Origin: an uncultured Pseudomonadales bacterium
GTDB lineage: Bacteria > Patescibacteriota > Microgenomatia > UBA1400 > PJMF01
Reading direction: 5' to 3'
DNA: 64,000 bases
Assembly: GCA_964648715.1 (NCBI GenBank)
Contig: CAZYNM010000001.1
Coordinates: 80,040-144,039, forward strand
The position numbers and the translations under genes are program-made. The notes below the pieces were generated by a model that worked only from the letters and a program-made list of their open reading frames with translations, did no database searches and had not been told where the DNA came from. Within the stretch, counting starts at the first letter, position 1. Each line of letters starts with the position of its first letter. Shown piece by piece: positions 1-8,237 of this stretch.

Positions 1-1578
1 TATCTTTTCGAGATTAAGAATCAGGATAGTAATGATAAAAAAATATCTGACCATCGAAAAAACTTACATACACTATATTGGGAAAATATTTTTAAGGATG
101 TAGAAAACAAACCAAAATTAAATGGTTCTGCAGAAATTTTTTATCGAAAAGCTTTGCAAGAATCTGATCTTCAGAAGATTAAGGACAAAACAGGAAAAGA
201 AGTTATTAAAAATTATAGATTTTCAAAACCAAAGTTTATGTTTCATGTACCGATTACTCTTAATTTTTGCAAAGACGGTAAAACTCACCGTGAAATAATT
301 ACTGAAAATGTTATTAACAACAAAATTAATACCTTCATTGGTATTGATCGTGGTGAAAAGAATTTGGCATATTACTCAGTGGTAGATAGTAGCGGCAAAA
401 TACTTGACCAAGGTGACTTAAATATCCAGTTTGTTGACCAAGCGGGTAACCCTAGATCAATAAAAGTAGATGATACTATTTGCCATAACTACTGCGATTT
501 ATTGACTGTTCGTGAAAAAGAACGTGACAAAGCTCGTAGAAGTTGGCAAAGTATTTCACAGATTAAAGATTTGAAAAAAGGCTATATCTCTCAGGCAGTT
601 AGAAAAATTGCTGATCTAGCAATCAAGCATAATGCCTTTATTGTCCTTGAGGACTTGAATGCAGGTTTCAAACGCGGTAGACAGAAAATTGAGCGTTCAG
701 TGTACCAGCAGTTAGAGCTTGCCCTGGCACAAAAATTTAATTACCTAGTTCAGAAAGATGTCCCAGAGGGAGAAACTGGATCAGCAACTAAAGGTTTGCA
801 GCTCACACCTCTTGCAAGCAATTTTAGTGATATTGAAAAATCGGGTAAGCAGTTTGGCATAATGCTATATACTCGGGCAAACTACACATCACAGACAGAC
901 CCAGTCACAGGTTGGAGGAAGTCAAGATATTTGGCACCAGGAAGTAAAAATAATATCCGTCAACAGATACTTGAAAAATTTAGTGAGATTATTTTTGACG
1001 GGAATGACTACGTTTTTGAATATACGGATAGTGTAGGTACTCAATGGAAGTTATATTCAGGTAAAGATGGCCAAAGCTTAAAACGCTTTTACAATAAGAA
1101 AAATAGAGATGGTCTGTGGTTTAATGAGGAAATTAATGTTAACGCTTTATTGGATGAAGTCTTTAATACAATTAAACACAAGAAATCAATACGCGCTGAA
1201 ATCAAAGAAGATCCTGGTTGTGAATTAGATTACGAAAGGTTGAGAAAGGCTATAGAACTACTGCAGCAAATTCGTAACTTTGGAACGAGTAAAGGAGAAG
1301 AGGATTTCCTGCTTTCACCTGTCAGGAATCAATCGGGTGAACACTTTGACTCCAGAACAGCTACAAATGATCAACCTCAGAATGGAGATGCAAATGGCGC
1401 ATATAAAATTGCAAGAAAAGGAATACTTGTAACAGAGCATATCCGTCGTGGATATAAACTATTTATTTCTGATCCGGAGTGGGATGCATATTTAGCTGGC
1501 AAGGAAGTCTGGGAAAATTGGCTGAGCAGTAAGGAGAACCAGGCCGTACTTATAGCTAGTAAGAAGAAAAATGCTTAA
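1..1578 (+). CDS. cas12a: Cas12a (Cpf1), type V-A effector, 5'-truncated by the window edge
   Basis: Frame open from base 1 (YLFEIKNQD...NLHTLYW...LNGSAEIFYRK). RuvC motifs GIDRGE, VLEDLN and NGDANGAY present; FHVPITLNF and YTSQTDPVTGW are typical of Cas12a. Followed by cas4-cas1-cas2 and a Cas12a-type array. Confidence 0.96.
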   Translation, partial: YLFEIKNQDSNDKKISDHRKNLHTLYWENIFKDVENKPKLNGSAEIFYRKALQESDLQKIKDKTGKEVIKNYRFSKPKFMFHVPITLNFCKDGKTHREIITENVINNKINTFIGIDRGEKNLAYYSVVDSSGKILDQGDLNIQFVDQAGNPRSIKVDDTICHNYCDLLTVREKERDKARRSWQSISQIKDLKKGYISQAVRKIADLAIKHNAFIVLEDLNAGFKRGRQKIERSVYQQLELALAQKFNYLVQKDVPEGETGSATKGLQLTPLASNFSDIEKSGKQFGIMLYTRANYTSQTDPVTGWRKSRYLAPGSKNNIRQQILEKFSEIIFDGNDYVFEYTDSVGTQWKLYSGKDGQSLKRFYNKKNRDGLWFNEEINVNALLDEVFNTIKHKKSIRAEIKEDPGCELDYERLRKAIELLQQIRNFGTSKGEEDFLLSPVRNQSGEHFDSRTATNDQPQNGDANGAYKIARKGILVTEHIRRGYKLFISDPEWDAYLAGKEVWENWLSSKENQAVLIASKKKNA

Positions 1579-1610
1579 GCAACTACTGTATATAAGTCCC
1601 ATAATATTGT

Positions 1611-1646
1611 AATAATCTTGTTATAGTGATATACTGCAAGATTATT
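1611..1646 (+). promoter_or_regulatory. Inverted repeat enclosing a putative extended -10 upstream of cas4
   Basis: AATAATCTTG (1611-1620) and CAAGATTATT (1637-1646) flank TGA-TATACT (TATACT at 1630-1635). Confidence 0.5.
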
Positions 1647-1647
1647 T

Positions 1648-2205
1648 ATGCATGACTATATACAAATTAGTAAGTTAAATGACTTCATTTTTTGTCCATA
1701 CTCATTGTATTTACATACGATATATGATGGTTTTGATAAAAATGTATATCAGGATACCCCACAGAGTAGAGGTACTCTAGTACACTCTCCAATCGATTCT
1801 CAACAATATTCATCAGCAAAAAAATATATCCAAGCACTAAGTATATCTAGTGATAAGTATAAGTTAATTGGGAAAATAGACATTTTTGATCAGGAAAAGC
1901 AGCAACTTATTGAGAGAAAATACCAAGTGAAAACTATTTATGATGGTTATAAATATCAATTGTACGCACAGTACTTTTGCTTATTAGAGATGGGATATGC
2001 AGTAAAAGAATTATTGATCCATTCACTTAAAGATAATAAGCGGTATACGATTCCCATTCCTGATACTGCAGAAACAGCAAAATTCGAAGCATTAATTGAA
2101 AGAATTTATAAATTTGACTTACGACTATCAACCAATATAGAAATTTCATCTCAGAAATGTGCTCGATGTATTTATTCACCACTTTGTGAAAGATCACAAT
2201 GTTAA
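1648..2205 (+). CDS. cas4: Type V CRISPR-associated Cas4
   Basis: ISKLNDFIFCP, GKID...ERK nuclease motif, QLYAQY, C-terminal CxxCxxxxxC Fe-S cysteines. Confidence 0.94.
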   Translation: MHDYIQISKLNDFIFCPYSLYLHTIYDGFDKNVYQDTPQSRGTLVHSPIDSQQYSSAKKYIQALSISSDKYKLIGKIDIFDQEKQQLIERKYQVKTIYDGYKYQLYAQYFCLLEMGYAVKELLIHSLKDNKRYTIPIPDTAETAKFEALIERIYKFDLRLSTNIEISSQKCARCIYSPLCERSQC

Positions 2206-3149
2206 CGAGACCAGATTTCATTGAGAAAAAACTTGTTCATATTGGTAACTATGATCCAAAAGTTCCGAATGACTTGAAGTTTTCTAATGGCACTATACAA
2301 CTCTATAAAAATGGGAGAAAAATTGATCAAATCTCCTGCCATTTAGTCTTCAGTATTTGTATCATCGGACAAACTACTATTACTTCAAAGTTAATAGAAA
2401 AACTCCAGCAATTTGGTATTTCACTTTGTTTACTCAACTATAACCTAAAACCATACGCACTTATAAATAGTGCAGCAGAAGGCAATTATTTATTGAGAGA
2501 AAAACAGTATGTGGTTACACAGCAAAGAATGGATGAAATAGCAAAATCTTTAGTCATAAATAAGATAAATAACCAGAATGCGTTGTTAAATCAATATGGG
2601 CATACAGTAGATGTACTTTCATTACTACCGCAAATTGTAGACGCAAATAACAAGCAGCTTCTGGGTATAGAAGGAACTGCTTCAAAAAGATATTTTCAAG
2701 CTTTATTTAGAGATTTAAGTTGGCTGAAAAGAAGTCCTAGAACAAAAGAGGATATAAATAACCTCTTACTTGATATTGGATATACTTACTTATTCAACTA
2801 TGTTGATGCATTATTGAGTTTATTCGGATTCGATACCTATAAGGGTTATTACCATCAGTTATTTTTCCAACGTAAATCACTAACTTGTGATGTTATGGAA
2901 CCGCTGCGACCAATGATAGACAAGCAACTAGTAAAAGCATTCAATCTAAAGCAAATAAATGAGAAAGACTTTGTATTTGAAAACGGTAGTTTTAGGTTTG
3001 CTGAGTTTAGTTTAGCAGATAAATATACTCTCTTATTTTTGCGTTGTCTGATGGAGAAGCGTGAAGACATCTTCCAGTATGTAAGAAACTTCTATCTGCA
3101 TGTATTAGATCCAGAGAAATATCCATATAAACCAGTTTTTATACTATGA
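2199..3149 (+). CDS. cas1: Type V CRISPR-associated Cas1
   Basis: LLGIEG, N..LD.GY, GYYH, CDVMEPLRP motifs; position in the cas operon. Confidence 0.95.
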   Translation: MLTRPDFIEKKLVHIGNYDPKVPNDLKFSNGTIQLYKNGRKIDQISCHLVFSICIIGQTTITSKLIEKLQQFGISLCLLNYNLKPYALINSAAEGNYLLREKQYVVTQQRMDEIAKSLVINKINNQNALLNQYGHTVDVLSLLPQIVDANNKQLLGIEGTASKRYFQALFRDLSWLKRSPRTKEDINNLLLDIGYTYLFNYVDALLSLFGFDTYKGYYHQLFFQRKSLTCDVMEPLRPMIDKQLVKAFNLKQINEKDFVFENGSFRFAEFSLADKYTLLFLRCLMEKREDIFQYVRNFYLHVLDPEKYPYKPVFIL

Positions 3150-3427
3150 TAATTGTTACCTACGATTTTGCAAATGATAAAGTTAGAACAAAGTTCTCAA
3201 AGTTTCTTGAGAAATATGGGAGTAGAGTACAGTATTCTGTGTACCATATTAAAAATAGCCAACGAATATTGGCATGTGTCCTAGGTGAGATTGAGCACAA
3301 TTTTAGTAGCAAAATAAAGAATACTGATCATGTGTTGGTATTTCAAGTATGTGAGCAATGTGCCAAAAAAATTCATAGGTTTGGATGTGCTACTCATGAG
3401 GAAGAAGACGTGGTATCATTGGGCTAA
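3146..3427 (+). CDS. cas2: CRISPR-associated Cas2
   Basis: IVTYD and RVQYSVY motifs, 93 aa, overlaps the cas1 stop. Confidence 0.95.
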   Translation: MIIVTYDFANDKVRTKFSKFLEKYGSRVQYSVYHIKNSQRILACVLGEIEHNFSSKIKNTDHVLVFQVCEQCAKKIHRFGCATHEEEDVVSLG

Positions 3428-3627
3428 TAAAGCTCTTTAACATTATTCCTACACAATAAAGCAGAAGTGCCGAGTTTATTATCAAAACCTCAGTCCTTAT
3501 TTTGACACATATAAATGTGGAATTCATTGATCTGAAGATAAATCATGCCTATTTTTTGAAGTTTTGTGATTCTGTAAATGCGATGCATTGAACATGAGTT
3601 ATTCACTTATACATCAGCTAATAGGCT
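3428..3627 (+). promoter_or_regulatory. CRISPR leader with a boxA-like element
   Basis: AT-rich non-coding stretch between cas2 and the first repeat; GCTCTTTAACA at 3432-3442. Confidence 0.7.
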
Positions 3628-4100
3628 ATTGATAATTAGTTCCACATTTCTACTTTTGTAGATTTACTGAAAATGGGGTGGCAATCGAATTGATAATTAG
3701 TTCCACATTTCTACTTTTGTAGATAGCCTTGGTCATGTTTTTTGGATACTTATTGATAATTAGTTCCACATTTCTACTTTTGTAGATACTATTGAATGAG
3801 TAACTTTTCCTTCTAATTGATAATTAGTTCCACATTTATATTTTTTTAGATGTGTTCTCCCAAATGGCTCTCCTGTTATTTATAATTAGTTCCACATTTC
3901 TACTTTTGTAGATTAGCTGCGGAATGGCACAGACAATCAATTGATAATTAGTTCCACATTTCTACTTTTGTAGATTACTTTAAACGTCCACTGCCATCAG
4001 ATTGATAATTAGTTCCACATTTCTACTTTTGTAGATGTGCTACTTGAATAGAGATAGTCTCCAGATTGATAATTAGTTCCACATTTCTACTTTTGTATTT
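3628..4100 (+). CRISPR. Type V-A CRISPR array, 8 repeats of 36 nt and 7 spacers of 25-28 nt
   Basis: Repeat ATTGATAATTAGTTCCACATTTCTACTTTTGTAGAT starts at 3628, 3689, 3752, 3816 (3 substitutions), 3878 (1 substitution), 3940, 4001 and 4065 (degenerate 3' end). TCTAC-loop-GTAGA stem typical of Cas12a. Confidence 0.98.
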
Positions 4101-4161
4101 GTATTTGTGTTTGTTTAACCCACTTTCCTTCTTCTCGAATGTGCAGCAATAGACTACCATC

Positions 4162-4734
4162 ATGCGTATGTATCTCGCTGTTGGCTCCACAAACCCCGTT
4201 AAACTCCAGGCTGTGCGCACTGCCACTGCCGTGACCTGGCCAGATGCACAAATCATGGGCTATGATGTACCATCTGGTGTAGCAGCCCAGCCCTGGGGTG
4301 AGGAAGAAACACGTCGTGGCGCGCGGGCCAGGGCAGGTAAGGCACTTGAAGCTGCACTCCATGCCCAGAAACTTACAACAACCTCTCTGCACGATACTCT
4401 GCTTGGGGTTGGTCTAGAAGGTGGTGTCTTTTTGGATGGCAGCGAGCTGTGGACTACGGTATGGGTTGCTGTCACGGATACCACTGGGCAGTACTATGAA
4501 GGTAACGGTGCTCGGTTCCGTATCCCGGATGTCATCGCAGATAAGATTAAAGACGGTGGTGAAATGGGCCCGGTGGTGAGTGAGCTAGTAAACAAAGCAA
4601 ATATTAAGCAAACTATTGGTATGATTGGAGTTGTCACGAACTCTTTTGTTGATCGGGCAGAAGAGTACGCTGCCATTGCCAAACTGGCATTGGGGTTATG
4701 GTATGGACGTACTTGGCAAGAGCTAGTAAGATAG
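4162..4734 (+). CDS. yjjX: Inosine/xanthosine triphosphatase (YjjX/DUF84)
   Basis: VGSTNPVK, SGV..QP, GA..RA, VGLEGG, GGEMG motifs. Confidence 0.88.
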   Translation: MRMYLAVGSTNPVKLQAVRTATAVTWPDAQIMGYDVPSGVAAQPWGEEETRRGARARAGKALEAALHAQKLTTTSLHDTLLGVGLEGGVFLDGSELWTTVWVAVTDTTGQYYEGNGARFRIPDVIADKIKDGGEMGPVVSELVNKANIKQTIGMIGVVTNSFVDRAEEYAAIAKLALGLWYGRTWQELVR

Positions 4735-4743
4735 GACGAGCAT

Positions 4744-5457
4744 ATGCAGCTTCCACGACCACAACAGTTTACCGCTCGTCTTGAAGAGAAAGTGCAGCAC
4801 ACAGACAAGTACGTGCAGTACTCATTTGAGCTCACTGAACCACACACCATGCAGTTTGTGGCAGGACAGTATGTTTCTATCAAAGTTTCGGAAGCAGGAC
4901 AACGACGTGCCTACTCAATTTGTTCGGCACCAAGCATTGATCACGGTTTTGAGCTTCTCGTAGACATTTCTCCTAAAGGCTTGGGGTGTTGTTATTTGGA
5001 AAGTCTCAAGTTTGGTGACACTGTATCGGTGCTTGGGCCTCTGGGTATGTTTACCATGCCAGAGACAGATGAGACAGCCCGCTACTGTATTGCTACTGGT
5101 TCCGGTATCGCGCCGTTTCGCTCCATGATTCTTGACGAGTTACAAAACAAACATGATCCACGACCACTCACACTGTACTGGGGACTTCGTCACGAGCAGG
5201 ATATGTTTTGGGAGCTTGAGTTCCAAGAACTTGCACAAAGCTTTCCACACTTTACCAGCAAAATCATTCTCTCTCAGCCGGGAGAGAACTGGCCGCTTGA
5301 TAAAGGAAGGGTCACTGATTTATTGACGGCCTTAGGGACACCAGCAACTGCCGGGTATTATCTCTGTGGTAATGGCGCGATGGTTAAGCAAGCCATTGAG
5401 CAACTTACTCAGGCAGGTGTGCCACAGCAACATATTCATCACGAAATGTTTTTTTAA
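4744..5457 (+). CDS. FNR-family FAD/NAD(P)-dependent oxidoreductase
   Basis: AGQY, RAYSICS, ATGSGIAPF, YLCG motifs; C-terminal HEMFF. Confidence 0.88.
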   Translation: MQLPRPQQFTARLEEKVQHTDKYVQYSFELTEPHTMQFVAGQYVSIKVSEAGQRRAYSICSAPSIDHGFELLVDISPKGLGCCYLESLKFGDTVSVLGPLGMFTMPETDETARYCIATGSGIAPFRSMILDELQNKHDPRPLTLYWGLRHEQDMFWELEFQELAQSFPHFTSKIILSQPGENWPLDKGRVTDLLTALGTPATAGYYLCGNGAMVKQAIEQLTQAGVPQQHIHHEMFF

Positions 5458-5477
5458 TAAAAAGGAAGGTAAGGTTT

Positions 5478-5780
5478 ATGCAAGATCAAACGAATCCAGT
5501 AGCTGCACCTGTAGCTCAAGAAACAATCACTGGTACCCACCAGACCAAAATGATTGGTAAATATCGTGTGGAAGTTATTAGAGATAAATGTATTAGTGCA
5601 GGTAGTTGTGTGGCAATTGCACCAGGTGTTTTTCAGCTTGATGAGCAAAAACTTGCCTATGTCCTTTCTCAAGATGGGGCCGAAGATGAAATGAAGTTGC
5701 TTGCTGCTCAAAGTTGCCCCACTATGGCTATCAAGGTAGTAGATACAGAAACCAATACTCAAGTGTGGCCTATCGAATAA
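5478..5780 (+). CDS. Ferredoxin (single cluster, 3Fe-4S-like)
   Basis: CISAGSC...AP..F...SCP motif. Confidence 0.85.
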   Translation: MQDQTNPVAAPVAQETITGTHQTKMIGKYRVEVIRDKCISAGSCVAIAPGVFQLDEQKLAYVLSQDGAEDEMKLLAAQSCPTMAIKVVDTETNTQVWPIE

Positions 5781-5795
5781 CAAGGAGACGACCAT

Positions 5796-6449
5796 ATGAA
5801 AAACATTCCACTACTTATTGGTACAATTGTTGGTACTTTCTTAATGATTTTTGGCGTCGCATTTTTCTTTTCAGGAAAAACTGAACAGGAGCAAAGTGCA
5901 GCACAGGTAGATCCGGTACAGTTAGTGGCTGATGCAAGTAAGAGTGTTGGCTCTGAGTCTGCACCAGTTACAATCGTGGAATTTAGTGATTTTCAGTGCC
6001 CTGCATGTAAGAGCTCACAGTCGCTTTTGAAGCAACTGCTCAGCCAAAAAGGCGAGTCAATACGTATGGTGTATAAGCATTTTCCACTTACTGATATTCA
6101 CCCCAATGCACAACTAGCTGCACAGGCTGCAGAAGCTGCACAAGGTATGGGGAAGTTCTGGGAGTTTCATGACGTGCTATTTGAGAAACAAGATGAATGG
6201 GCCAAAATTACCGACAAAAAAACACTCATTAATCAGTTCGCTACATATGCTGAAAACTTAAAGCTTGACAAGCGTCAGTTCTTAGAGAGAATAGAGTCAC
6301 AGACTAGTATCCAAGCAGTCAAAAAAGATCAAGAACTTGGTACAAGTGTGAAAGTAGAAGGTACACCAACATTCTTTGTAAACGGTCAAAAGACTACCGC
6401 CCCTCAGCTCTTCGCAGCTGTTGAGTCTTTGACAGCAAAAAAGGAATGA
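5796..6449 (+). CDS. DsbA/BdbD-like membrane-anchored thioredoxin-fold protein
   Basis: N-terminal TM, EFSDFQCPAC, GTPTFFVNG. Confidence 0.9.
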   Translation: MKNIPLLIGTIVGTFLMIFGVAFFFSGKTEQEQSAAQVDPVQLVADASKSVGSESAPVTIVEFSDFQCPACKSSQSLLKQLLSQKGESIRMVYKHFPLTDIHPNAQLAAQAAEAAQGMGKFWEFHDVLFEKQDEWAKITDKKTLINQFATYAENLKLDKRQFLERIESQTSIQAVKKDQELGTSVKVEGTPTFFVNGQKTTAPQLFAAVESLTAKKE

Positions 6450-6471
6450 AGTTAGGTAACAAAAGGGGCTT

Positions 6472-6999
6472 ATGAAGCGTTTCACTCCATATATTTTTCC
6501 ACTCATAGTGGTGGCAATTGTGTTCTTCTTGGTATATCGATGGTACACGCTTCGTACCGAACGCTCAGCACAAAACTCACGCTATGGTGAAGGTATTCAA
6601 ATTGAAAATGTAAGTAGTGCAGAAGCAAGCAAGATGCTAGTGGGTGGCAAAGATGTTACAACGAGTCCGCTCAAACTTTCTGAAACAGCACCCCAAGAGA
6701 TAGTTGGTAGAGGAAGCATCCGGTATGAAGTCCAGGGTGACAAAGTTGTTTTTAGTGTCGCTGCTGATCTGCCCAAAAAAGAGATGCCATATGTTGTCTG
6801 GATGCGTTCAGTGGGTGGTGATGATCTTACTCAAGCCTTCCTTCTTACCGAGGGCAAAGGTGGTTTAGTAGGTAGTGCAGTGGTTCCGGCAAGTTCATTG
6901 CCACTAGAGGTTATTGTGAGTACCGCTCAAACAAAGGGTGAAGTACTTAAACAAGAGATTCTTAAAGGTAAACTGGAAAAACCAGAACAAAAGAAGTAG
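6472..6999 (+). CDS. Membrane-anchored hypothetical protein
   Basis: N-terminal TM, 175-aa ORF in the operon. Confidence 0.7.
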   Translation: MKRFTPYIFPLIVVAIVFFLVYRWYTLRTERSAQNSRYGEGIQIENVSSAEASKMLVGGKDVTTSPLKLSETAPQEIVGRGSIRYEVQGDKVVFSVAADLPKKEMPYVVWMRSVGGDDLTQAFLLTEGKGGLVGSAVVPASSLPLEVIVSTAQTKGEVLKQEILKGKLEKPEQKK

Positions 7000-7014
7000 C
7001 AGCGCATTTGCTCC

Positions 7015-7043
7015 TTGAAGTGAACCTCAAGGGCAAGTATGAT
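7015..7043 (+). promoter_or_regulatory. Sigma70-like promoter
   Basis: TTGAAG-17 nt-TATGAT upstream of the 65-aa gene. Confidence 0.55.
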
Positions 7044-7125
7044 GGATAGAACCGACGTGGTAACTAAGAAGACGTCACTCAGTAACAAACTAGCTCTCAC
7101 ATAGTGAGAGGAAAAAGGAGTAACT

Positions 7126-7323
7126 ATGGCATACAGTTATACCAATGCCAAAGGTCAAACCTATTACTTGCACACACAGCAAGTAACTCTTAAGAACGGC
7201 AAAGTGCAGACAATCTACTTTTTTGCACGCACCGTTCGCGCAGGTGCAATGGACAAAGTTCCAGCTGGTTACACCGTCATGGAAACCAAGCGCACCAGTA
7301 TGCCAGTTCTTAAGAAGGCATAA
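7126..7323 (+). CDS. Small basic hypothetical protein (65 aa)
   Basis: Strong SD (AAGGAG), own promoter and terminator. Confidence 0.8.
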   Translation: MAYSYTNAKGQTYYLHTQQVTLKNGKVQTIYFFARTVRAGAMDKVPAGYTVMETKRTSMPVLKKA

Positions 7324-7343
7324 GCGTTTCGCTTTAAAAATGG

Positions 7344-7370
7344 AAAGCCCCCTTTGTAGGGGGCTTTTTT
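7344..7370 (+). terminator. Intrinsic terminator
   Basis: AAAGCCCCCT-TTGT-AGGGGGCTTTTTT. Confidence 0.85.
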
Positions 7371-7449
7371 GTGCTTATGTATATGCAAATGTAAAAGTTA
7401 TGCCAGCCTCTGGTGATACTGATGGGCGGGGTTGTATACTACAGGGCAC

Positions 7450-7785
7450 ATGTCACACATCACCTCTGACCAAGTAAAAAATTGTTTACGCACTGTACTT
7501 GATCCAGAGCTAAATATAGATATTGTTAGTCTGGGACTTATTTATGAGGTAACAGTACGTCCAGTTCAGACAGCAACTGGCCAGCGTACCCACGTACACA
7601 TTGTGATGACCCTCACCACTCCTGGATGCCCACTGATCCATGTTTTTGAACCCAAAGTGCGTGAAGCACTCCAAACACTTCCTGATCTTGATACCTATAA
7701 AGATGTAGAGATTGAGTTGACCTTTGATCCCCCATGGATTCCTGATATGATGGAGCCTGCAGCGCGTGCTGAGCTAGGGGTATAG
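7450..7785 (+). CDS. DUF59/SufT Fe-S cluster assembly protein
   Basis: DPEL..DIVSLGLIY, MTLTTPGCP, FDPPW; start taken at ATG 7450. Confidence 0.9.
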   Translation: MSHITSDQVKNCLRTVLDPELNIDIVSLGLIYEVTVRPVQTATGQRTHVHIVMTLTTPGCPLIHVFEPKVREALQTLPDLDTYKDVEIELTFDPPWIPDMMEPAARAELGV

Positions 7786-7787
7786 CT

Positions 7788-8234
7788 ATGACAAAGCAAG
7801 TTTTTATTGGGGCAGATCACGGCGGATTCACTTATAAGGCTGCACTCATTTCTCAACTTACACAAGCTGGATATACCGTTGTTGATTGTGGTGCTACTAC
7901 ACTAGAGCCAGACGATGATTACCCAATATATGCTCATGCTGTGGCTGAGGCAGTTGTTGCTCACGCGGACAGCACAGGAATACTCCTTTGCAGAACAGGA
8001 GCCGGCATGTGCATTGCGGCCAATAAACATCCTGGTATACGAGCTGTATGCGCACAGAGCGTCCCGCAAGCTGTACGTGCGCGTGAACACAACCATGTGA
8101 ATGTGTTAGCTATAGGTGCAGACGAAATGGAGCAGAACCTTGTATGGCCCGTAGTTGAAGCCTTCCTTACGGCAGACCCATCACAAGAGGAACGACATAT
8201 CCGCAGAGTACAACAAATTACGTCATTAGAATGA
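7788..8234 (+). CDS. rpiB: Ribose-5-phosphate isomerase B
   Basis: GADHGG, DYP, CRTGAGM, ANK..GIRA, RH.RR motifs. Confidence 0.93.
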   Translation: MTKQVFIGADHGGFTYKAALISQLTQAGYTVVDCGATTLEPDDDYPIYAHAVAEAVVAHADSTGILLCRTGAGMCIAANKHPGIRAVCAQSVPQAVRAREHNHVNVLAIGADEMEQNLVWPVVEAFLTADPSQEERHIRRVQQITSLE

Positions 8235-8237
8235 TCT

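Noticed and set aside
1579-3627. tracrRNA/scoutRNA-like anti-repeat near the cas genes
   Set aside because: No complement to the repeat seen in the two intergenic regions; the region upstream of cas12a is outside the window.
3852-3877. Spacer 4 shares ATGGCTCTCCTG with ~35496-35507
   Set aside because: Only a 12-nt match with mismatched flanks, so not a credible protospacer. A full self-target search was not possible by eye.
4092-4116. TTTGTA/TTTGTG hexamer run at the array end
   Set aside because: Best explained as slippage decay of the terminal repeat.
4023-4392. Minus-strand ORFs overlapping the array end and yjjX
   Set aside because: Shadow frames of the CRISPR repeat and a well-supported gene; no motifs.
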